From: the human T2T-CHM13v2.0 reference genome, Homo sapiens
Assembly: GCF_009914755.1 (NCBI RefSeq)
Contig: NC_060925.1
DNA: 64,000 bases
Strand: one strand, 5' to 3'
The notes beneath the pieces are model-generated. The model made no database searches. It saw nothing but the letters and a program-made list of their open reading frames with translations, and was not told where the DNA came from. Position 1 is the stretch's first letter, and every line of letters starts with the position of its first letter. The translations under genes were made by a program, and so were the position numbers. Below, one piece after another: positions 53,280-64,000 of the stretch.

Positions 53280-54367
53280 TAGGGAAATTCAGAGTGTTCC
53301 GACTGGCAGGGCCAGAGAGTTTGGTAGGAAGGCCCTCCTGCCCGTTCCCCAGGACGAGCCTGGAGTGCGGGCTGTGGCGGTGGGGTGGGGGGCCAGGCCT
53401 GGTGTGTGGGGAAGGCCCGCAGGCCCACAGGCATTGCCCAGATAGGAAGGCACAGGCCTCATGCTCCCGAGAAAGCGGCCTGCCCCAGGTCAGGGAAGTT
53501 AGGTCCAGCTGGGCCACGGCCCGGATGCCTCAGGCCCAGGTCTTTCTTGGGGTTGGGGTGAAGGTGGCTGTCCTCGCCCCGAAGGCACCCAGCCTCGAAG
53601 ACGGAGGGCTGCCTGCCTTTGGGCCCCAGGAGACAGAGCTTGGGTGAGGCGAGGCCTGGTTTTGTTACTGGCTCCCGCTCCCTGTTTGGTGCCTTGAAGT
53701 TTTGGGACACAGACACAAAATGAAGCCAGGTGTCCAGGCTTCAGTGGCAGGGGCCCGAGACTTGGCGGCTCCAGCACTGTGCTGGTTGGTCTCCCTGGGC
53801 CTGCCAGGGACCAAATCCCAGAGTCCGCCGTGTGGGGTGAGGGCCATTTGGCACCCGGCTGAGGGGCCTGGTCAGCAGGCTCCTGGGCCCGCGTGCTGGA
53901 GTTACTGGCGGCCTGCGATTTGCTTTGGACTCACCCATTTCCTTCTCTCCCTCTGAAACGCAGAGGGGTGCGCCGGAGAGGGAGGCTGCTGGCCTGGCTT
54001 TGTTGTTTGCCAGTTGGAGGATCTATGGGATCCGGCATGGGCAGCTCCCAGGCCACGAGGTGCCGAAATTACTCAGTGGGGTCCTCAGGAACTTTCCGTT
54101 GCGTACCTCCCCAAGTATTTGTAACTTTTCTTTTAAATATCCAGGCTTATTAAATTGCACACACAGAATGCTGCATTGGCTCAGCTATTCTTGGGAGGCC
54201 TAATTAATTCAGCTATTGCATCAAACTTTTTTTTTCTAAATCTGTGAATAGATGCTCCAGCCCGGTTTTCTCTGGGCGCCCCTCCAGCAGAGTGTCAGAT
54301 CGTGGGGAGGAGGGGCTGTGGATGGAAGCGAGGGACTGTCGCCTCTGCTCGGAGGGGGCTGCGGAGG

Positions 54368-54407
54368 GTGCATGTGTGTGTGCATGTGTGTGTTTGTGTG
54401 TGCGCGC
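54368..54407. repeat. (TG)n-like tract
   Basis: gtgcatgtgtgtgtgcatgtgtgtgtttgtgtgtgcgcgc. Confidence 0.8.
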
Positions 54408-56574
54408 TTCTGACCCTGCCAGGCCAGGGCTCAGGTGGCAGCCGCCTGCAGACCTGTGGGCTGGGGAAGGATGCTCGTGGCAGAGCTGCAGACAGACGTA
54501 GCAGGCTGGGGCCCTTCGTGTCACACGGGGAGTTGGTTGGGGTGGGCCCGATGGCGCTCCCTGTGGGCTGGGGCCTTTCTTTTTGGGGTGGCCGCACCCT
54601 CGTCAGTGCCTGTGGCTGGAGGAAGCCACATGTCGGGGGGGATTGTGGGCTCGTGCAGGCTGCGTAGTGGGTCACCTGTGGCCAAGGCCTGAGCTGCTGG
54701 GACACGCTCACGTCACTGTCTTCAGAGCTGATGGCAGAGGATCTCGGTTGAGCAGGGTGTGTCTGCGTTTGTTTTTGTCCGACTGTGGGTCATGTGTGTG
54801 CTTGTGGTCTTTCTGTCTTCCTGGGCTTTGCTGGGGGCCCATTGGAGTGGCCAGTGGGGCCTCGTTGTCACAGCTGACACAGAGCAGGGCCCAGGCCACC
54901 CGGCTTCTCTCTCTCTGTGGTTGTGAGCGCCGGGGTCCTTGGGCCGCCATAGAGACAGGCCAGACAGGCTCTGGTCATCTCAGCGGATGCCTCCGAGCCG
55001 CCTTTCCCTTTTGAAGTCCCCAGCACTGCTCTGAAATTTCATTTACCGATTAAAAAGCAATTCCCAGGCCATACTGACGACGTGCACGGTGTGAGTGACT
55101 GCGTCCTCTAGGCCTGAGTGGCAGCCACACAGCCTGGCCCTGGCAGTGGTGTCCTCCGCCTGGCTCCCTGAATGTTCACCAGCTCCTGCGGGTTTTCCTC
55201 TCCTCATGCTCCTGGGGGTGGGGCACCCATCCTGCCCGTGTTGCCTCCTGCTCTATGTTCTTGACGTGGGATGGCGGCCAGGGACTCTGCCCTCGCTCAG
55301 TGCCTGCCCTTTAGGCTCTGTGACTGTGCACTTGGGAGTTCTGGGCTTCAGGGTCCCCTTAAGTCTCCTCAGGACAGCCGTGTGCGTGTCTCTGTGTGCA
55401 CAGGAGCGACACATGAGAAGGGAGTGTGGTCTCAGGGTGGGCGTGGACCCACAGTGCCCAGACCCTACTTGTCCTAGAAGGAGTGGCCTGGGAGGCCCCG
55501 CCTCCGCCCTCACTGGCCGCCGTTGGCTCCTCCCACTTGTGTCTTGACAGCTTATTCTCGGGATATGTTTTGATTTCTTCACTTCCTTTGTAGCTTATTT
55601 TAATATTTTTGATCTGCCGAAGATGAGGGCAGAACAAAGAATGTACTGGAACTCTCTTTGCAGGGCTGCTGCTCCCAGCAGGCCTTCGGGCTCTGCGGAG
55701 CCGGAGGGGGCTGAATTGCCTTCCGGGTGTTTGTGGCCAGGCCAGGGTCGGGTCTCCTGCCTGAGTGGGCTGGGTCAGCGCCACTCTCCTACCCATGGTG
55801 GGAGGTGGGAGAGGGCGGAGATGTTCCCGGGTCCCAAACCAAGTGGGAGGCAGGGCTGCAGCTTTCTCCTTGGAAGCCTCCTGTGACAGCGGCTGTGCCT
55901 GAGCCTCTGGCCTGTCGGCAGTGCAGTGGCAGCATGAGGGGCAGACAGTCTTCCTCCAGATGCCCCCTCATGTCACGGGGTTACAGAGGAAGCCTCCGCT
56001 TCTGTCCAGTGGCTGTCGGGCCCGGCCAGCTTCCTGCTGCTGTATCTTGGAAGACCATGTGGGCTGCATGGGTGCTTGGCGAGTCCCCTCTTAGGGACCC
56101 TGGGGCTGCTATCCTTGACAGGGGACCTTGTCTCACCTCCCCACTCGGTCCCACACTGGCTTTGTGACCTTGGACGAGTTGCTTAACCTCTCTGCCTCAG
56201 TGTAAACTGGGGACTACTGTTTATTGATCTTGGACTTTATGTTTTGAGTGGTACAGGTGGGGCACAGATGGGTCATTGTGCTGCTGGGAGCACTTAGCCA
56301 AGACTGGAGCCTCTGAGCCTTCCCCACTCCCACCCCTCTTTCTTCTTTCCGGTCGGCTCGCCTCCTTCCTCGGGTTCTCTGATAGCTGTAGGACTCCATT
56401 GGACTACATTTTTTTGTCAGTATAGACAGCTGTCAGAGACGGAGACAAAATGTGGCAGTTGGAGCTGCCGCTTGGCCTGCTGCCTGGGACGCGGCCCCTT
56501 GTCCCGCAGAACGTCAGCCAAGCGCTTTCCGTGCAGGCTGATAACAGGGTGGTGCCGTGCTTCCCTTGGGCCGT

Positions 56575-56752
56575 GGCAGGATCCTGCTCCAAGGGGGGGT
56601 CCTGCTCCGAGGGGGCCGGGGTTTCTGTTCCAACAGGGCTGGTGGGGGGGGTCCTGTTCCCAGAGGTCTGGGATCCTGTTCTGAGGGGGCCAGGGTCCTG
56701 TTCTGGGCCGGGGGTCCTGCTCCGAGGGGGCCGGGCGTCCTGTTCCTAGGGG
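56575..56752. repeat. Degenerate G-rich minisatellite in SKI intron 1
   Basis: About 8-9 recurrences of gg(g/a)tcctg(c/t)tc(c/t) separated by G-runs. Confidence 0.75.
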
Positions 56753-58300
56753 CGGTGGGCTGCCTGTGTGAGAGCTGTTCTTCACCTGCCACGTGCAGTC
56801 TGGGCATTCTGGTGACTGGAGAATTTGGGTTGTGTTACAGTGTTGTTGCTCTGTCCTGCAGATGCCTGAATTCCCAGGGGTCTTGCAGGTCCCCTTGCCC
56901 TTGCTCTGTGTGGGCTGGCGTGGGTCTCAGTGGGCTGTGGGTTGAGGGTCGCTTGGTTGGGAAGCTCTGCGCGCTTCCCAGTGGAGGGTCCGCGACGGGG
57001 GTTTTCTGATCCCTCATGCTGGCTTTTGACCCGTGTCACTGCAAGGCTGCCCCTGGCCCCAGGCAGCGTTTCTTCAGGCAGGTGCCCAGCCAGGTGGTCG
57101 GGCTTGAGACCTTTGAGTCTCGAGGTCTGTTCTGGGGAATGACTGAGCTTGTGGAGGCCAGGAAGGGGTTGCTGGGCTTGGAGAGCCTCTGGGGAGGAGT
57201 TGTGTTTTGCTCTTTGCTGTTTTAAGCTGAAATGATCACAGGAAGGGACAGCATCAAGAGTTTCTTTCTGGGACACCCCTCACTCAGCTCAGCGGCCGTG
57301 TGTGGGTTTGGGGCTGTGCTCTCCCAGACACCCTCAGGTCCGGGGAGCACTTCGGGGGCTATCTGTCCCTTTGTCCACCAGCTTCCTTTGGAAAAAGTGT
57401 TTGCTGCAAGTGTTTTTCTCCAGCTTTTCGTGGGGTTCCCTGTAGTCTTGGGCCATGCTCTGGGGTCAGGCTCCCGGCAGGCCCTGGTCCCCGTGCAGAA
57501 GGCCAGGGTCTGCGGGTTTGGGCTGGTCTGCCCCCCAGGTGAGGGTTCCGGAAAGACGGCCGGCTGCTGAGTCTTCTCAAGCAGGGGAAACAGCAGCTCG
57601 AGAGTGGTTCTTGACCTCTGCCCACCCCAGCTGGCTGTGCACGGACTGGGGAGGGCATGGGCAGCTGCCCCCAGGTGGCTTCTGCAGGGAGCAGAGCTTA
57701 GTGGTCATTTTCCCGGCATGGTCTGTCATCCGTCTGTCTGGGACCCCTCTGGGAGCTGGGCTGGGTCCCTCGCCTTCTGGGGCAGCAGGGTCACGGTGGG
57801 GGGGCTAGTCCTCTCTTTCAGCATCTTGTTTCTCAGCCGTCCCTGCGGCTATTTGTGCAATGTCTGTCTGTCTGAGTCTCCGGGTGAGGGCAGACAGGAT
57901 ATGGTGCGAGGAAGTCTGGGGTAAGTGTGAGCCGAACCCCGCCCTGGAGTCTCTCGGGGTTGTGGGGCCACAGCCCCAGCTTAGGTTAGGCCTTCACTGC
58001 TGCTGGCAGGGCCTCCAGAGAGAAGGCGGTGGTTCCGGGGCCTGGGCCCTGACTGTCTGGCAGGAGGTGTCCACGCCGGCGGCCCGGCTCTCTGTGGCAA
58101 TAATGTGTCTCTTTCTAAGGATTGCGAAAGTTGAGGGAGGATTTCTCCACTGGAAGAATTATGCAAGCTTCAACTGAAATGTTTTTAAAAAGTTTCTTTG
58201 TTTTGAGTCAAAATACAGAAGGTGAATTATTTCCCTAATATCTGGGAGAGCTGGAAAAGAAGGCCCCTGTCCTTATTCTTCAGGGCTCTTCCCCTCCTGA

Positions 58301-58754
<454 letters not shown>

Positions 58755-59529
58755 CCTGGAGTGGGTTCTGCCACGGAAGGCATCCCCGGGGTCTGCGGGC
58801 TGGAGGGGTCGCCCCCACTGTGCCACCTGTTCTCTCGAGGCCTGGTTGCCCTCTGCAGACCAGGTGCCATGCCAGGTGACCCTCAGGAAGCTCTGGCTCA
58901 CCCCGGGGGCTGGGGGGCATGATAAGCGATAGCTCTTAGGTGCTGCTGCTTTGTGAATATGAGAGAGTTCCAGAAGGGCCCCGCTTCCCAGAGCCTGCAT
59001 GTTGGTTTCACTGTGTGGTACTTGATATTTTTCCAGGCTGCCTTGCTGGGGTGGCCTCGATGGGGGGCCCAGGGAGCCTCCAGCTCTGGGGACATGCTGC
59101 CACATGAGCCTGCTTATTTATGAAAATGAAGAACCAGGACTTGAGTGTGAATTTTAAATGAGATTGTGGGGACAATAGTAAAATCCAGACTAGGACCAGA
59201 TGGACTGAGCACCTGCGTTGGCCATGGCCCGGAGGTGGCGTGGTGGTGCCTGGCGCCTGTGGCCCTCAGCATGTGTCCTGCCGGCCGCCTAGTAGGCCTT
59301 CGCTTGAAGTGCTTATTCCTTTGAGTAATGCTCCTGTCTTTTGTTTGGGGGGAAACAGATAAAGGGGGCTTTGAGAGGCGTCTCGGCGTGATCCTGGGAA
59401 ACGGCCGAGATTCTGTTCGGTGCTTGGTGTTCGTGTCTTCTCTGATTTTACCTTTTTGACTCATAAAGATGGAAGGAGTGCTCTGCCTCGGTGCCTCTGC
59501 AGCTGCAGATGCTGAATCGGGGCGTTTAG

Positions 59530-60115
<586 letters not shown>

Positions 60116-63100
60116 ATTGTTCCACCTTTGGAAGAAATTGGTTCACCGTCTTCTGACCTGGGGGGCGCTTCTACCCTGGTTCCATATTGAGGGCTGGGAA
60201 GTTGCTGGAATATTATTACCCTTGGCTGGTGAGGCTGAGTGCTGATGCTCCTCCCAGCTCTCAGCCCTGCCTGGACCAACTGCGGCTTCTGCTGGAACGT
60301 CGGCGGCTGACTTAGAAAGAAACAGCTCCTGTTCTAGGCTTCCTGCAGGTCCCACGGTGCTGCTTGTTTCAGAGAAACGCAGCTCAGGCTGGCGGCCTCA
60401 GGTGGGCATGGGTGGCAGGGGATGCCATCACCCAAATCAGGGATCTTTCTCTGTCCTGAGGGTTCCACCCCAGGACCCAGGGCACTAACTGGGTTCTTGT
60501 GTGGCCCTTCCCGACCAGACCTGACCCCTGAGCTGCGTGTGTGAGGTGATGGTGACTCCACGACAGCTTGTGTGCCGTTATGGGGGCACCTGAGGACTGG
60601 CTGACCTCACCGGGAAGTGCGTCAGGAGTGGGTGAGGGGTGGTGGGAGGGCAGGGAGCGCCCAGCAGGTGTCCAGCGGTGCTGGCGCTGCCTCTGTCTCT
60701 CTGTCCACGCCCTGTGTGTATCTGGAGTGGCTTAGGTGCTCCCTGCGGTGCTCCTGGCTGCTGTGGTTCCTGAAGGCTGCGGCTGTGCCGGTGGTTTCCT
60801 TTGATGTCAGTCTTCTTCTACAGGGGAAACCATGTTGCCAGGAGAGCCAGGTGTCCGCTAATTACGTTGTGTTGTTCTGCCCAGGAGTGAACCTGTAAGT
60901 GATGAGAATAAGAAGCGGCTGTCAGCCTGCAGACCCGCCCTCACCCTGTCCTGGTTGGGGTGCTGCCTGCTGGGAACCCCTGGTCCAGCTGTTGAGAGGA
61001 GGCTGACTGGGGGCACAGTTGTTGCAGAGTCTGATGCAGGCTTTCTCTGCCGGGAAAGTAACATGGAAACATTGTTGCTTTTACTATGGAGCAGATGTAT
61101 CTTTGCCCAGAAACAGAAATGCTCTTGGTTTCTTTTTTTGGAAATAAGGCCCATAGGCTGGGTCCTTCTTGCCCTGTTGAGGGAACATGTCTGTCCTTAG
61201 CGTGGAGGCCAGTCTGGCCGGGTGCTGAGCTCGTCCTGCAGAACACGCGTGAACGCCTCATCCCTGAGGGCCCCGGGAGGCTGGCGCCCTCTGTGGGAGG
61301 TCTGAGGTTGGCCCATTTGACCCTATCCAGGACGGGTTACTTAAGGAGTCCAACGGGCCTTGAGAGGCTGATCACCCTCGTGTGGCGGGCGTCTCTCCCC
61401 GGTGCCCTCCCGCCTGGTGCTGTCAAGGGCTTCTCTGTGCCAGGCGCTGGGCTGTGGCAGCCCCAGGTCCCCGCCTGGTGTGGCTGCCCACGGTCCAGGC
61501 AGCTCCAGGGTGGGCATCCTTGGCTCCCTCCCTCACCAGCTGGCCCTGGGAGGTCTGTCTGAGAGGAGTTAGGCCTCATTGTCCGTGCTCAGAGAACCCG
61601 AGCCTTCCTTAGGAAGCAGTTTGTCCCCGTGCCTCCCTTCAGGATCCTGTGGCCTGAGAAGCCTCTGCGTGGCAGTGGATGGCAGCTCCAGCTGCCCGTG
61701 GCCCTCTTTTTTTATGGTTTCCCAGATGACTGGGCCAAGCTGGGCCTCTGCATCCTAGGCATGTTGTTCCCTGCGCTTCCCTGGAAGGTCGGCGGCCCTG
61801 CGTGGACCTACACGGTACCCAGGACAGGCCTGCCATGGCACCGGTTGGGCCTCTGGGCACAGGGTGCTCTGCCTCCATGGCCCTGACAGGCTCTGATGCC
61901 TGAGGATGGGGGCCGGGCACTCCCAGCCTTGAGACTTCCCTCTGCAGAGGTGGCACAAGCCCGGGGCCCCAGAGTGAGGGGACTCTTGCCTGCCTGGTGA
62001 GGGTGAGCGTGGGGTCTGGACTCTGACCCCTGGTCCAGGCGGGAGAGGAGCACACTGGACAGGGCAGCCGAGCCACCCTCTGCGGAGCTGTGGACACTGC
62101 GTGTGTGGTGCTGAAGGTGTACACGTCCACTGAGGCCACCTGCGCCGCTGCCTGTGTCCTGTGGGCTGGCACTCACCGAGTGAGAGCTGTGTGCAGAACC
62201 TCTGCTGTCAGCGGGCCAGGCCACACTGGGGAGGGAGGTATTCCGTGTGCTTGCACTGAAGCCTGCCCCAGGCTGCCTTCTGGGTTAGGGATACCCAGGA
62301 CCTCCATAGCTGGTGTGGCGTCTGTGAGATCTCAGCTGCTGCTTCCCTGGACGCCCGTGTGGACCTGGAGGGGGGTGGGGACCCGGCCTGGCATGGTCCC
62401 TGGCCACCTGCCTGGTGCTCCGGGTTGTGCCGTTGGCAGTGCCTTCGCTCTGCCTCACCTGCTGCCTCCGCCTTTCCTGGCTACAACCCTGTTGCCCAAA
62501 CCATTAAAAAAATTATACTACCAAGTTGAATGATATGCAAATGTAGTCAATTAAGCGAGGGGATTTTAATTAGCAGTTTAAGTTCATGTGTGAAGTGCCT
62601 TGCCTTAATTACTTGACAGTTTTGTTGTAAATTTGCTAAGTTTTTTTTTGCAGAACTATCAAAACTGTGATTTTTGTTAACATTCTTGGATGCGGTGAGT
62701 GGCGCCCAGCTTGCCTGACCCTAGTGGGTTTTGTCTTAATTTATAAAGCTCTTTAAACTGTGAAAACAAGGTAAACCCCCTGGGTTGCCTCTGTGTGGCT
62801 CTTCGAGTCAAGCCGGGCTCGATGTCTTCCTTGTCACTGGCTGGGGTGGGGACCTGCCTCGTGCGTGGTCTTGAGCTCCCGTTGGGGGAACGGGAGAACC
62901 TTCATCCCATGTGGGTGTAGCCGTTGGCGGCACCTTTGTACGGGGACACACCCTGGACCTGAATGGAGTCAGGAAGGGTTTCAACCTGGATGGCCCGCGT
63001 GCCGGGGACCCGCAAGGTGTGCAGTGGCAAGGGCCGGTCCTGGTGGCGGGCTCCCTGGTGATGCTGGTGGATGGTTGTGCGTGGGCCTTGGGGTTCACAG

Positions 63101-64000
63101 TTCAGTTTGGGAGAGGCGAGAACCCCTCACTTTGAAGTCTTTCCTGGCCAACGGGAGGCTTCTCAGAGCAGCTTTCACGGCTCCGGGGCTGAGTGAGGCC
63201 TGTGTCTAGGCTCATCCTGCCCTCCGGGGCGTCCCAGTGTGCCTGGGCAGTGGCGCAGCTGGCTCCTTCCACTGGGTTTAGGTGTGCTTCTGCTCCCCAC
63301 TGCTGCTTCAGCTGCGTCCTTTGCGGGTCCCCGTAACTTCAGTGCCCCCACCCCTGTTCGGTTCCCTGACTGAGCTCGGCGCCTCTAGTGTAGATGGGTT
63401 TTTAATTTTCCCAGCTGAACGTCGTTATTTGGATTGTGATTTCTTTGGTGTTTCAATGGACTGTAGATGAAGGAGGACCTGTTTTCTCTCAGGAGTGTCT
63501 GTGGGGTCTCTTGTCCTGGTTTGCTCAGTGAAGTGTGGCCCCAAGGGCTGAGGGAGGTGGCCAGGACCCCGCAGGGTGGCCCCCACCACAGAGGCTGCTG
63601 TCCTCCGGGTTCTTCTCCACTTTCTGGGACCTTGGCCGAGGAGGCCTCTGGGAGGGTGAAATGGCCACAGGCCTGGAGAAGCGACACCGGTGGGAAGCCA
63701 CCGGCAGAGAAGTCAGGGAGGAGGGAGTCCTGGGCCTGGAGGAACGTGGGAGGGGCAGGCGCCTCCTAGCAGCCTCAAGAAATGTGGGCCAGGCAGGTCT
63801 GGCTACGGGCAGGAGTGTGTCTGGGACTCTGAACTGCCAGAAGCACTTGGCGGCAAGCCACATGCTGTCACAATGTTGCCTGGCCCCCATGAGGAGGTCC
63901 CGTGGGTGGTGGCGGGTGGTGGCTGGTTGTGGGGCAAGGCTGCGGGACTGGGACCGCTGGCTTCCTGGGGCCATCGAGGCTCCCAGAAGAAGAAATCAAG

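Overview
GC-rich, Alu-dense primate (apparently human, 1p36.33) genomic DNA containing three recognisable genes. (1) The last two coding exons and 3' UTR of PRKCZ (+; 7558-7673 and 7897-7984, AATAAA at 8346). (2) The complete 4-exon, 180-aa FAAP20/C1orf86 (-; 17725 to 12685), convergent with PRKCZ. (3) The CpG-island promoter and 969-nt first coding exon of SKI (+; 52176-53144), followed by the start of intron 1. The remainder is intronic or intergenic, with about 40 Alus, MLT1 LTR and old L1 remnants, and several VNTRs. Most ORFs in the supplied track are GC-content or Alu artefacts. I found no CRISPR, rRNA or tRNA, and no evidence for a wholly new multi-gene system. The best leads come from splicing the minus strand by hand: a 381-codon two-exon ORF antisense to PRKCZ, a 149-codon three-exon ORF upstream of FAAP20 with a hydrophobic N-terminus, and FAAP20 isoforms with swapped N- or C-termini. 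There is also a very young Alu-Alu-mediated ~460-bp tandem duplication whose crossover maps to 8 bp. Gene names come from recognising the translated sequence, not from a database search. Repeat boundaries and subfamilies are by eye and approximate.
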